Positions 18,846 through 28,742 of a stretch of 64,000 nt of DNA are shown piece by piece. Origin of the DNA: Anaeromyxobacter sp. (GTDB lineage Bacteria; Myxococcota; Myxococcia; Myxococcales; Anaeromyxobacteraceae); NCBI GenBank assembly GCA_049840735.1, contig JASGJN010000022.1, forward strand, positions 288,001 through 352,000. The letters are read 5' to 3'. The notes beneath the pieces are model-generated. The model made no database searches. It saw only the letters and a list, made by a program, of their open reading frames with translations, and had not been told where the DNA came from. The translations under genes and the position numbers were made by a program. The number at the start of each line of letters is the position of its first letter. Position 1 is the stretch's first letter.

Positions 18846-19268
18846 CTACGGCGCTTTGATGGAGTAGACCAGCGTCTGGTCGTTGAAGGTGAAGGTGTAC
18901 TTGCCCGACTTGCCACCCGTGGTGAACGGGATGTTGGCGGCGTCCGCCTTCAGCTTGTCGCCGGCCAGGCCCCAGTTCTGCTGCGGGTTCCAGTTCCCGG
19001 TGTCGAACTTGAACTGGTAGGGCGTGCTGGCGTCGAGGTCGATCTGGCACTCCCAGGTGTCCTTGGCGACGAGCTTCATGGGCGTGATGCCCCAGTCGTT
19101 CATCGTGCCGCGGACGTTCATGCGCTTGAACTGGGAGGTGGCGTCGGCGGCGGGCGCGGCGGCCGGAGCGGGCGCGGCGGCGGTGGCGGGCTTGGCCGTC
19201 GCGGTGGCGCAGGCGGTGGTGAGGGAGGCGGCGACCAGCAGGGCGCCGAGCTTGGGCATCGCGTTCAT
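18846..19268 (-). CDS. Lipoprotein consisting of one starch-binding-type beta-sandwich module (pullulanase X25/SusE-F-like)
   Basis: Lipobox LTTAC, Ala/Pro linker, VRGTMNDWG..PM, W, YQFKF..GNW..NWG, NI, YTFTFN. Confidence 0.72.
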   Translation of the reverse strand: MNAMPKLGALLVAASLTTACATATAKPATAAAPAPAAAPAADATSQFKRMNVRGTMNDWGITPMKLVAKDTWECQIDLDASTPYQFKFDTGNWNPQQNWGLAGDKLKADAANIPFTTGGKSGKYTFTFNDQTLVYSIKAP

Positions 19269-19444
19269 GAGGGTGGCCTCGGTCGAAGAGAGGGGTTGCA
19301 CAGCGCGGGCTGGGCGGCGGCACGGTAGTCGATCCGGCGACGAACGCAACGCGCTCGAGGCGGGCGCGACGGATCTCCGCACCTGCTGCCGCAGCGCGAC
19401 AGGCGGGGCCCCCGCGACCCGCGATCCTCCGGCCCGGGTTGGCC

Positions 19445-19975
19445 TCAGGCGTCCCGGCGCCGGATCAGCGTCCGCGCGAACCCGCGCGCCTCGTCCACCA
19501 CCCAGTGCCCCTCGAACCCGCGCTTCGCGAGCAGCCCCAGCAGCGGGGCCGGCACCAGCGGCGTAAGCAGCTCGTAGACCTCGCCGGGCGGAAGCGCGTC
19601 CAGCTCCTCCAGCACCGAGGGGAGCGGATGCACCCCGCGCTCCACGTCGAACCGGGCGTCGTGGCGCGCGTGCGGGATCCGCGTGGCCCAGGCCGGCGGC
19701 GCCGCGGCGGTGATCCGCTCCGGCGCGGCGACCGGCGATCCTGGCGCGCGGAGCTCGGACGCCAGGGCCTCGAGCAGCACGGAGAGCGGCACCCGGGCGG
19801 CCAGGGCCACCTGCTGCAGCGTGGCGGCCTTCCCGAAGGTCGCGCGCAGGAGCGGGTTCTCGAGCGCGCCGAAGAACGGCGAGAGGCCGACCAGCACGCG
19901 CTCGAGCTGCGGCCACGCCTCCAGCACCGCCGCCAGCTTGGTGGCCGGCCCGACCTCGTCCCAGGAGATGGTCAC
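19445..19975 (-). CDS. DUF1858/DUF2249-like domain protein
   Basis: TKLAAVLEAWPQLERVL..F..LENPLLRATFGKAATLQQVA and DAR...HPLPSVLEELDALPPGEVYELLTPLVPAPL. Confidence 0.7.
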   Translation of the reverse strand: MTISWDEVGPATKLAAVLEAWPQLERVLVGLSPFFGALENPLLRATFGKAATLQQVALAARVPLSVLLEALASELRAPGSPVAAPERITAAAPPAWATRIPHARHDARFDVERGVHPLPSVLEELDALPPGEVYELLTPLVPAPLLGLLAKRGFEGHWVVDEARGFARTLIRRRDA

Positions 19976-20345
19976 CCCCCGACTGATAATTGTGGCCGGC
20001 GCGCGCCGCCACCGCTGGGCGGAGCCGAGGGGCGGGCGTAGGCCCGGACTCCGCGTAGCGCACCATCCCGGTTCGCCCGGCCGCGTGCGGCGCGACGCGC
20101 CAAGGGCCGGGATCGGCCGAGCGCGCGACCCCTGACCGGGGGAAGGTCGGCGCATGACGCGTGGTGACGCACGGTGAAGGCGCTTCAGTTCCTTCACTGG
20201 GTGTGCCTATCGTCCCCGCCGCAACGGGGAAGCATGGTTCGGCCAGCGCCGCCGGGACCTCCAGGGCAGCAGCGCTGGCCGATGCTGTGAACGAGAGGCG
20301 GTGGTGCCGGGAAACGGGGCCCGGGACCGCCGCGCCGGGGAAACG

Positions 20346-23204
20346 ATGAAGACCAGCATGAGGAGTGGAGCGCTCGCAGCGTGCTGCGGGCTATTGGCGG
20401 TGCTTTGCCTGGCGTGCGGGACGGAGCCGGGGGCTGACCCGCAGGGCGCGAACGACGTGCAGTCCGGCGAGCCGGATCAGGCCATCGACGGCCTGCTCCC
20501 GGCGGACGGCGCCGGGTTCGGCTCGGCGCTGTCCTCGCGCACCGATCCGCGCGAGGAGAGCATCTACTTCGTCATGACGACGCGCTTCTTCGACGGGGAC
20601 ACGTCGAACAACGCGCGGACGTCGGGCGACGACCAGGCCGGCAACCCGGCCAGCGATCCGTCCTGGCGCGGCGACTTCAAGGGGCTGATCCAGAAGCTCG
20701 ACTACATCAAGGCGCTCGGGTTCACGGCCATCTGGATCACGCCGGTGGTCCAGAACAAGAGCGGCTACGACTTCCACGGCTACCACGCCTACGACTTCAA
20801 CGTGGTGGACCCGCGCCTGCTCTCCAGCGGCGTGACCTTCCAGACGCTCATCAACGAGGTCCACGCGCGCAACATGAAGCTCTACCTGGACATCGTCCTC
20901 AACCACTCCTCGAGCTGGGGCGCCAAGGGGCTGCAGGAGTCGTCGGTGGCGGACTTCAACACCCGCACCGCAGGGCTCTTCGCCACCTCGTCGTTCCACG
21001 ACGACTGGCTCAAGAACTGGGAGGACTACACCTGCCAGATCGGCTCCATCGCCGGGGACTGCCTGGACCTCAACACCGAGGACACCACCGTCCAGAACCA
21101 CCTCATCAGCGCCTACGGCAAGTTCATCGACATGGGCGTGGACGGCTTCCGGATCGACACCGTGAAGCACGTCAGCCGCGTCATGTTCAACCGCCGCTTC
21201 GTCCCGGCCTTCCGCGCCCGCGCCGGCAGCAACTTCTTCATGTTCGGCGAGGTGGCCACCCGCGTTCACGAGGTGTGGAACAAGGGGGTCGCGCCGCTCT
21301 CGACGCCCTTCTACACCTGGGCGGAGCGGACCACCTACAGCGCCAGCGACGCCACGGCGGCGCAGCAGGGCTATGACTACGAGGTGGGCCAGGGCACCGG
21401 CTCGCAGCCCACCTCGAGCAACCACTACCTGAGCGGCAACGCCTACCACGCGCCGGATCACACCAAGTGGTCGGACATGTCCGTGATCGACTTCCCGCTC
21501 CACTGGAACTTCCAGAACGCGGGCAGCGCCTGGGGCATGCGCGGCGCCGACCAGTACTACAACGACGCCACCTACAACGTGACCTACGTCGACTCGCACG
21601 ACTACGGGCCGGACATGGACACGCGCTACAACGGCGGCGCCACCGCCTGGGCGGAGAACTGGGACCTGATGTTCACCTGGCGCGGGATCCCGGTCGTCTA
21701 CTACGGCAGCGAGGTGGAGTTCCAGGCGGGCATGCCCTGTGACAAGGGGCCCACCGCGCCGCTCTCCACCACCGGCCGCGCCTACTTCGGCGACCGCGTC
21801 GCCGGCAGCGTGACGGTCAGCGACTTCGGCGCGTGGTCCAACGCCTCCGGCGCCATGGCCACCACGCTCTCCACGCCGCTGGCCAAGCACCTGACCCGGC
21901 TCAACCAGCTGCGGCGGGCCATCCCGGCGCTGCAGAAGGGCCAGTACTCGACCGACGGCGTGAGCGGCAACATCGCCTTCAAGAAGCGCTACACCAGCGG
22001 CACCGTGGACAGCATGGCCCTGGTGACCATCTCCGGGAACGCCACGTTCAGCGGCATCCCCAACGGCACCTACGTGGACGCCATCACCGGCGCGGTGGCC
22101 ACCGTCACCGGCGGCACGCTGGCCACCAGCGGCGTCTCCGGGCAGGGCAACATGCGCATCTACGTGCTGAACGGGCCGGGCAAGATCGGCGCCGACACCC
22201 AGTGGCTGGTGGGCACGGCCGGGCCCACGCCGCCGGACGCCCCCACCAGCGTCAGCGCCACCGCGGCCTCCTCCAGCCAGATCAACCTGTCCTGGGCTGC
22301 CTCCGCCGGCGCGACCTCGTACACCGTGTACCGGTCCAGCAGCAGCGCCGGCACCTTCACCAGCCTCGGGTCCACCACCGGCACGAGCTACAGCAACACC
22401 GGGCTCGCCGCCAGCTCGACCTGGTTCTACTACGTGGTGGCCACCAACTCGGCCGGCAGCTCCGGCCCGTCGCCCGAGGTCTCGGCCACCACGCTCCCCA
22501 GCGGCGGCGGCGGGGGCACGGTCACCACCACCATCCGGATCCACTACGACACCGGGTTCGGCAACTCCATGTACGTGCGCGGCAGCGTGGCCCCGCTCTC
22601 CTGGACCGTCGGGCTCGGCGCCACCTGGACCACCGGCAACGTCTGGGTCTGGACCACCACCGCCATCCCGTCCGGCACCGCCTTCGAGTACAAGGCGCTC
22701 ATCAACGACGGGTCCTGGTCGGACGGCGCCAACTACGCCGGCACCGGCGGGCAGACGCTGGACATCACGCCCACCTTCAGCGGCAACTTCTACGACACCA
22801 TGGACACCATCAGCACCAACTGGACGCCGTCCGGCGGGACCACCACCGGCAAGTGGGTGCAGGGCACGCTCAACGGCAGCGGCGTGGCCCAGTGCGTGAA
22901 CTGCTCGACGGAGGCGGTGCTGACGCTGAAGCCCGCGCTCAACAAGACCGGCACCACGGTGACGCTGGCCTTCAAGTACTCGACGACCGCGCTGACCTCG
23001 ACCGAGTACCTCAAGGTGGACGTCCTCAAGGGCACCACCTGGACCACGGTGGGCACGTACACCGGGACCATCGGCGCCACCAACAAGTCGATCAACATCA
23101 CCGCGTATGGCAGCACGGCGCTCAAGGTCCGCTTCCGCGCCAAGATGAGCGGCAGCTCGAAGAAGGTCACCGTGGACAACGTCACGGTGAGCGTGAGGAA
23201 GTGA
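20346..23204 (+). CDS. Exported GH13 alpha-amylase family enzyme with FN3 and CBM20-like domains
   Basis: IYFVMTTRFFDGD, GDFKGLIQKLDYIKALGFTAIWITP, DIVLNH, DGFRIDTVKH, FGE, DSHD; FN3 (PTSVSATA..SSQINLSW); CBM20-like (DTGFGNSMYVRGS..LSW..FEYK); lipobox-like CLAC. Confidence 0.93.
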   Translation: MKTSMRSGALAACCGLLAVLCLACGTEPGADPQGANDVQSGEPDQAIDGLLPADGAGFGSALSSRTDPREESIYFVMTTRFFDGDTSNNARTSGDDQAGNPASDPSWRGDFKGLIQKLDYIKALGFTAIWITPVVQNKSGYDFHGYHAYDFNVVDPRLLSSGVTFQTLINEVHARNMKLYLDIVLNHSSSWGAKGLQESSVADFNTRTAGLFATSSFHDDWLKNWEDYTCQIGSIAGDCLDLNTEDTTVQNHLISAYGKFIDMGVDGFRIDTVKHVSRVMFNRRFVPAFRARAGSNFFMFGEVATRVHEVWNKGVAPLSTPFYTWAERTTYSASDATAAQQGYDYEVGQGTGSQPTSSNHYLSGNAYHAPDHTKWSDMSVIDFPLHWNFQNAGSAWGMRGADQYYNDATYNVTYVDSHDYGPDMDTRYNGGATAWAENWDLMFTWRGIPVVYYGSEVEFQAGMPCDKGPTAPLSTTGRAYFGDRVAGSVTVSDFGAWSNASGAMATTLSTPLAKHLTRLNQLRRAIPALQKGQYSTDGVSGNIAFKKRYTSGTVDSMALVTISGNATFSGIPNGTYVDAITGAVATVTGGTLATSGVSGQGNMRIYVLNGPGKIGADTQWLVGTAGPTPPDAPTSVSATAASSSQINLSWAASAGATSYTVYRSSSSAGTFTSLGSTTGTSYSNTGLAASSTWFYYVVATNSAGSSGPSPEVSATTLPSGGGGGTVTTTIRIHYDTGFGNSMYVRGSVAPLSWTVGLGATWTTGNVWVWTTTAIPSGTAFEYKALINDGSWSDGANYAGTGGQTLDITPTFSGNFYDTMDTISTNWTPSGGTTTGKWVQGTLNGSGVAQCVNCSTEAVLTLKPALNKTGTTVTLAFKYSTTALTSTEYLKVDVLKGTTWTTVGTYTGTIGATNKSINITAYGSTALKVRFRAKMSGSSKKVTVDNVTVSVRK

Positions 23205-23212
23205 GGTAGGCG

Positions 23213-23243
23213 GGCGGGGGCGGGCAACCGGCCCGCTCCCGCC
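23213..23243 (+). terminator. GC-rich hairpin after the amylase gene
   Basis: GGCGGGGGCGGGC-AACCG-GCCCGCTCCCGCC. Confidence 0.4.
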
Positions 23244-23298
23244 GCCGCTCTGGCTCATTTCACCCCCCACGGCCCGTGGCAGGCTACACTCGCCCGCC

Positions 23299-24216
23299 GT
23301 GCGCCCCTCCTCCCTCGCGGTCTCCCGCTTCCCGTTCGTCTGGCTGGTCCTGCTCGCCGGGTGCGACGGGTGTGAACGCCTGACCCAGCGGCTCTCGCAG
23401 GCCGCGGACCCGACCGCCACCCGGACGCCCATCGAGCTGACCCTCTCGCCGGCGCCCGAGCCGGGGACCACCGTCGCGCCGGCCGTGCTGGACGCGGCGG
23501 CGGCGGCGCTGCGGCGGCGCCTCGATCGGTCGGGGGTGCGCGGCACGGTGGAGGTCCTGGGCGGCAAGCTGCGGGTGGTGGTGGCGCCCGGCTTCCCGGA
23601 GCGCTACCGCTCGAACCTCCACGGGACGCTGACCTTGCCGCTGCGGATCGGCTTCCAGGAGGTGGCGGAGGAGGCGCTGAAGCAGGCCGCGCCCTTCGTC
23701 GCCGCCCCGGCCCAGCTGAGGAGCGATGAGCTGGGCTCCTGGGTTTCGGCGCCGGATGAGGCTGGGGCGGAGGCGGCTGCGCGTGCGCTCCGCCCGCACC
23801 TGCCGCGGGGGATCTCGGCCCAGCTGCAGGCCCCCAGTGGCCCGGGCGGGCCATGGTCCGTCCTGGCGCTTCACCCGCCGGAGCTCGGCGGTGAGACCGT
23901 GCAGGACGCGCGGGTGGTTTATGACGAGCGGCCGGTGCTCGCCCTGCAGCTCGACCGCGAAGGCGCGGCCAGGCTGGACGCCCTGTCGCGGCGGCTGATC
24001 GACAGACGCCTGGCCATCACGCTCGATGGACGGGTGCTGCTCGCGCCCTTGGTGACCGGTCCCATCCCCGAGGGGCGGGTGCAGATTCCGCTCGGCGGTC
24101 GGGACGGTGCCGAGGCCGGGCTCGAGCGGGCGGAGGAGCTGGCGCTGGTGCTCAAGCTGGGGGCGCCGCTCCCAGTGGCGCTGGCGATCGACGGTGAGCA
24201 GGACCTGGAGCGCTGA
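23299..24216 (+). CDS. SecD P1/head-domain-like protein without the TM bundle
   Basis: AAAALRRRLD..G, VQDARVVYD..P.LALQLDREGAARL..LS....RRLAITLDGRVLLAP.V..PIPEGRVQI, AEELALVLKLGAPLP. Confidence 0.7.
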   Translation: MRPSSLAVSRFPFVWLVLLAGCDGCERLTQRLSQAADPTATRTPIELTLSPAPEPGTTVAPAVLDAAAAALRRRLDRSGVRGTVEVLGGKLRVVVAPGFPERYRSNLHGTLTLPLRIGFQEVAEEALKQAAPFVAAPAQLRSDELGSWVSAPDEAGAEAAARALRPHLPRGISAQLQAPSGPGGPWSVLALHPPELGGETVQDARVVYDERPVLALQLDREGAARLDALSRRLIDRRLAITLDGRVLLAPLVTGPIPEGRVQIPLGGRDGAEAGLERAEELALVLKLGAPLPVALAIDGEQDLER

Positions 24217-24339
24217 GGCGCACAACCAAATCTGGGTGGACGCCGCAACGCGGGTTGGGTGTAGGTGCCTCCGCGGCGGCGCAAGCCGTTGAATTGTCGG
24301 CCATCGCGCGCTGGCTCGGCCTTCGCAGTGACGGTGGCC

Positions 24340-24726
24340 ATGCCCAGCATGCCCGTCCTGCCCTCCGCCCCTCCGCCGGCCCCCCCGCGCAGCTCGAAGA
24401 GCGAGCTCACGCCGGCCCGCGCGGTCGTCCTCGACCGCGAGGTGGCCTACGCGCCCGGCTCCATCGTGAGCCGCACCATCGCCAAGGCGCGCGGCGGCTC
24501 GCTCACCCTCTTCGCCTTCGACGCGGGGCAGGAGCTCTCCGAGCACACCGCGCCCTTCGACGCGTTCGTGCAGGTGCTCGACGGCGCCGTCGAGCTCACC
24601 ATCGGCGGCGAGCGGGTGCTGGCCCGGGCCGGCGAGACGGTCCGCATGCCGGCCGGGATCCCGCACGCGGTCCGCGCCGTCGAGCCGTTCAAGATGCTCC
24701 TCTCGATGGTGCGGGAGGAGCGGTGA
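24340..24726 (+). CDS. Cupin domain protein
   Basis: TLFAFDAGQELSEHTAPFDAFVQVLDG, MPAGIPHAV; start position uncertain. Confidence 0.85.
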   Translation: MPSMPVLPSAPPPAPPRSSKSELTPARAVVLDREVAYAPGSIVSRTIAKARGGSLTLFAFDAGQELSEHTAPFDAFVQVLDGAVELTIGGERVLARAGETVRMPAGIPHAVRAVEPFKMLLSMVREER

Positions 24727-24812
24727 GCGAGTCGTGAGCGGCCGTCGAAGGAGGCATGGCCGCCCCGAAGGGATTGCAGCCCCGCGGCCGGGCCCGCTCT
24801 AGAAAGGGCTCC

Positions 24813-25460
24813 ATGCCCCGACTCCGCGTCCGCTGCTTCTCCCTCTCCCTCGACGGCTATGGCGCCGGTCCCGACCAGGACCTGGAGAACCCGCTGGGCG
24901 TGCGCGGTCCGGAGCTGATGGAGGCGTTCTTCGCCACGCGCTGGTTCCACGAGATGCAGGGGAAGGAGGGCGGCGAGACCGGGGTGGACAATGACTTCGG
25001 CGAGGCCTCCTTCGACGGGATCGGGGCCTGGATCCTCGGCCGCAACATGTTCGGACCGGTGCGCGGCCCCTGGCCGGACGACAGCTGGAAGGGCTGGTGG
25101 GGCGACGAGCCGCCGTACCACGTGCCCACCTTCGTGCTCACCCACCACGCGCGCCCGCCGCTGGAGATGAAGGGGGGTACGGTCTTCCACTTCGTCACCG
25201 GTGGGATCCACGCCGCCCTGGAGCAGGCCAGGGCGGCCGCGGGCGACAAGGACGTGCGCCTGGGCGGCGGCGTCTCCACGGTCCGCCAGTACCTGCGCGC
25301 CCGGCTGGTGGACGACCTGCACCTGGTGCTGCGCCCGGTGCTGCTCGGCGCCGGCGAGCACCTCTGGCGCGACCTCGACCTGCGCGCGCTGGGCTACACG
25401 TGCACCAAGACCGTCCAGGGCGAGCGCGCCCTGCACGTGTTCCTGAAGAGGGAAGGGTAG
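24813..25460 (+). CDS. Dihydrofolate reductase/RibD C-terminal family protein
   Basis: SLSLDGYGAGP, ILGRNMFGP, WWGDEPPYHVPTFVLTH, VRLGGG. Confidence 0.9.
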   Translation: MPRLRVRCFSLSLDGYGAGPDQDLENPLGVRGPELMEAFFATRWFHEMQGKEGGETGVDNDFGEASFDGIGAWILGRNMFGPVRGPWPDDSWKGWWGDEPPYHVPTFVLTHHARPPLEMKGGTVFHFVTGGIHAALEQARAAAGDKDVRLGGGVSTVRQYLRARLVDDLHLVLRPVLLGAGEHLWRDLDLRALGYTCTKTVQGERALHVFLKREG

Positions 25461-25480
25461 GCGGGGGCGCGCCCCGATGG

Positions 25481-26485
25481 TCAGGCGGTGAGCGCCCGGT
25501 ACCCCGCCACCAGCGCCGCTCCGGCCGCGAGGGCGCCGAGCAGCGGGCCGCGGTGCGTGCGCAGCCACAGCTCGCCGCTGCGGGCCTTCGCGCTCGCGTC
25601 GAAGCCGCCGTGCGCGCCGCGATCGCCGGGCAGCGGTTGATCCACGTCGTCGCGGCGGCCAGGGCGGACCTGCCGCGAGGTCTGCTGGGCCCGGTAGCCC
25701 ATCCGCCCCAGGTAGCGGTCGAGCAGCCCCGGGATGAACCGCTGGCCCAGGATCGCCTTGACCGTGCTCCAGCCCACCCAGAGCTCGCGGGTGGGGTGGT
25801 CCGCCGACCACAGCACGGCGCGAGCGATCACCTCCGGCTGGTAGATGGGCGGCACCGGCTGCGGGTCCCTGGGCAGCCGTGAGCGGACCACCTCGAACTG
25901 CGGCGTGTTCACGGCCGGCAGCTGCACGAGGGTGACCTTGACCTGGCTGCGGTCGTGGTGGAGCTCGCAGCGGAGCGAGTCGGTGAAGCCGCGCATGGCG
26001 GCCTTGCTGGCGCAGTAGGCGCTCTGCAGCGGGATGGACCGGTACACCAGCGCCGAGCCGATCTGGATGACGTGGCCGCGGTCGCGGGGGAGCATGTGCC
26101 TCAGCGCCGCCAGCGTCCCGTGGACGTAGCCGAGGTAGTCCACCTCGGTCACCCGCCGGTACTCCTCCGCCTGCATCTCCTTGACCGGCGAGAAGACGCT
26201 CACCATGGCGTCGTTCACCCAGACGTCGAGCCGGCCCCAGCGGCGGACCACCTCGTCCGCCGCCGCCTGGACCGCCGCCGCGTCGGCCACATCGAGCGGG
26301 AGCACCAGCGCCTCGCCGCCGGCGACCTCGATCTCCCGGGCGGCTACCTCGAGCGCCTCGCGCGTGCGGGCGATCAGCGCAACCTTCGCGCGCTGCTGGC
26401 CGAAGGCGCGCGCCACCGCCCTGCCCACGCCGGCCGAGGCCCCGGTCACCACCACCACCCGCTCCCGCCGCCGTGAGTCCCTCAT
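25481..26485 (-). CDS. SDR family oxidoreductase
   Basis: TGASAGVG, YCASK catalytic motif, PAVNTP; AGGAGG RBS. Confidence 0.92.
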   Translation of the reverse strand: MRDSRRRERVVVVTGASAGVGRAVARAFGQQRAKVALIARTREALEVAAREIEVAGGEALVLPLDVADAAAVQAAADEVVRRWGRLDVWVNDAMVSVFSPVKEMQAEEYRRVTEVDYLGYVHGTLAALRHMLPRDRGHVIQIGSALVYRSIPLQSAYCASKAAMRGFTDSLRCELHHDRSQVKVTLVQLPAVNTPQFEVVRSRLPRDPQPVPPIYQPEVIARAVLWSADHPTRELWVGWSTVKAILGQRFIPGLLDRYLGRMGYRAQQTSRQVRPGRRDDVDQPLPGDRGAHGGFDASAKARSGELWLRTHRGPLLGALAAGAALVAGYRALTA

Positions 26486-26687
26486 GGCCACCTCCTGGTC
26501 CTCCGGTCCAAGGGTGGTGACGGCAGGGTCCGAGCGTGGACCTCGAAGCGGGCGCTGGCCCGGCGGGGTGAGGACCGGGCGACCGATCGGGCGTCGCGGG
26601 AGGAAGGCCGGCGCTCGACGCTCGGTCCGGGGCGGTGCGCCGTAGCCCCCGTGACTGTACAAGAGGACCTGCGACTGGCGGGGGCCG

Positions 26688-28694
26688 ATGAATTCGCCTG
26701 ATGGACTGCAGGAAATCCTGGCCGCGCTCCAGTCGGAGCGCGAGCGGGCGGACGCGGCCCTGGCGCGAGAGCGCGAGCTCCAGGATCGCCTCGACCGCGT
26801 GACCTCGAGCGTGCCGGGCGTCATCTGCGCGTTCAAGCTCAGCCCCGACGGACGCGCCTCGATGCCGTTCGTCTCCCCCGCCGGTGAGGAGCTGTACGGG
26901 GTCCCGCCCGCAGCCCTGGTAGAGGACTTCGCGCCGGTGCAGGAGAAGATCCACCCGGACGACGTCGGGCAGGTGCTGGCGGGGATCACCGACGCCTGGC
27001 GCAGCCACTCGCGCTGGCACGCCACCTTTCGCTACCGCCACCCGGTGAAGGGGCTGCGGTGGCTGGAGGGCTGGTCGATCCCCTCCGCCGAGCCGGACGG
27101 CAGCGTCGTCTGGTTCGGGTATGTCACCGACGTCACCGACCGCGCGCGCGCCGACAGCGAGGCGCTGAAGGCCGCCCAGGTGATGCGCGAGTGGCTGGAG
27201 GGCATCCCCGCCGTCGCGTGGCGGACGGATCCGCAGGGGAACATCGTCGAGCGCAACCGCCGCTGGCTCGAGTACACCGGCCAGCTCCAGGCCACCGGCC
27301 CGCTGGAGTGGCTGCACCTGGTCCACCCGGACGACCGCGAGCGGGTGAAGGAGGCCATCCAGGCGGCGGTGGCCGCCGGCGGGCCGTTCGAGGCCGAGTT
27401 CAGGCTGCGCCGCGCCGACGGGGCGTACCGCTGGATCCTCGGACGGGCCTCCGCCGTGCCGGACGCCTCGGGCGCGCTGGTGTGGCTGGGGATCGGCACC
27501 GACCTCCAGGACCGGAAGCAGATGGAGCAGGTCCTGCGCCAGGCGGATCAGCGCAAGAACGAGTTCCTGGCCCTGCTCGGCCACGAGCTCCGCAACCCGC
27601 TCGCGCCCATCGCCAGCTCGCTGTTCATCCTGCAGCACACGGATCCCGCGGGCGCGCAGGGCCGCCGGGCGCTGGAGATCATCTCGCACCAGGTGGAGCA
27701 CCTCACGCGGCTGGTGGACGACCTGCTCGACGTGAGCCGCATCGAGCGGGGGCGGATCGAGCTGCGCCGGACGCGCCTCAACCTGAACGAGGTGGTGCGC
27801 CGCTCCGCGGAGGATCGGCGCCAGGGGCTGGAGGAGCAGGGCATCTCGCTGGTGGTGGACACGCCGGCGCGGCCGACCTGGGTGGACGGCGACGTCACGC
27901 GCCTGGCGCAGATCGTCGGGAACCTGCTGCACAACGCGGCCAAGTTCACGGAAGGTGGAGGGCGGGTCACGATCAGCGTGCGCGAGGGGCCGGACGGCGC
28001 CGAGCTGAGCGTCCGCGACACCGGGGCGGGCATCGACCCGGGCCTGCTGGAGCAGGTGTTCGAGCCCTTCACGCAGGGCGCCCAGGGGCTGGCGCGGACG
28101 ACCGGCGGGCTGGGGCTGGGGCTGGCCCTGGTCAAGGGGCTCGCCGAGCAGCACGGCGGCTCCGCCATCGCGCTGAGCGAGGGGCCGGGCCGCGGCGTCG
28201 AGGTGCTGGTGCGCCTCCCGCCGGCCCCCCCGTCCTCGACCGCGCCACGCCCGCCGGCGATGGCCCAGCCGCCGCCGCCGGTCCCGCCCCGCCGCCTGCA
28301 CGTGCTGGTGGTGGAGGACACCCCCGAGACCGCGCAGTCGCTGGCGCAGGTGCTGGAGATCCTCGGCTACGAGGCCGAGATCGCCCCGGACGGCCCCGCC
28401 GCGCTGCAGAAGGCGCGGGCGCACGCGCCGGACGTGGTGCTGTGCGACATCGGGCTGCCCGGCATGAGCGGCTACGAGGTGGCCCGCGCGCTGCGCGGCG
28501 GCGAGGCGCCGGGGGCGACGCTGGTGGCCATCAGCGGCTACGCGCTCCCGGAGGATCGCCGGGCCGCGGCCGAGGCCGGGTTCGACCAGCACCTGGCCAA
28601 GCCGGCGCGGCTGGAGGAGCTGGAGCGGCTGCTCGCGACGGTGGCCACCGCGCCGCCGGGGGTCCGGCCCCTGGCCGCGTCGCCGGGGCGGTGA
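26688..28694 (+). CDS. Hybrid PAS-PAS histidine kinase/response regulator
   Basis: Two HPDD PAS domains, HELRNPL H-box, NLLHNAAKFT, DTGAGI, GLGLGL, REC DIGLPGMSG. Confidence 0.93.
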   Translation: MNSPDGLQEILAALQSERERADAALARERELQDRLDRVTSSVPGVICAFKLSPDGRASMPFVSPAGEELYGVPPAALVEDFAPVQEKIHPDDVGQVLAGITDAWRSHSRWHATFRYRHPVKGLRWLEGWSIPSAEPDGSVVWFGYVTDVTDRARADSEALKAAQVMREWLEGIPAVAWRTDPQGNIVERNRRWLEYTGQLQATGPLEWLHLVHPDDRERVKEAIQAAVAAGGPFEAEFRLRRADGAYRWILGRASAVPDASGALVWLGIGTDLQDRKQMEQVLRQADQRKNEFLALLGHELRNPLAPIASSLFILQHTDPAGAQGRRALEIISHQVEHLTRLVDDLLDVSRIERGRIELRRTRLNLNEVVRRSAEDRRQGLEEQGISLVVDTPARPTWVDGDVTRLAQIVGNLLHNAAKFTEGGGRVTISVREGPDGAELSVRDTGAGIDPGLLEQVFEPFTQGAQGLARTTGGLGLGLALVKGLAEQHGGSAIALSEGPGRGVEVLVRLPPAPPSSTAPRPPAMAQPPPPVPPRRLHVLVVEDTPETAQSLAQVLEILGYEAEIAPDGPAALQKARAHAPDVVLCDIGLPGMSGYEVARALRGGEAPGATLVAISGYALPEDRRAAAEAGFDQHLAKPARLEELERLLATVATAPPGVRPLAASPGR

Positions 28695-28742
28695 GGCGCT
28701 CCCGGGTCAGGCCGCGTGCGCGGCGTGCTCACCCCGCCAGCG

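Noticed and set aside
24447..28592. Very long antisense or alternate-frame ORFs (also 20391-23567, 56219-60781, 9742-12048 and others)
   Set aside because: These are shadow ORFs expected in very high-GC DNA with few stop codons. Only the embedded segments with recognisable motifs were kept.
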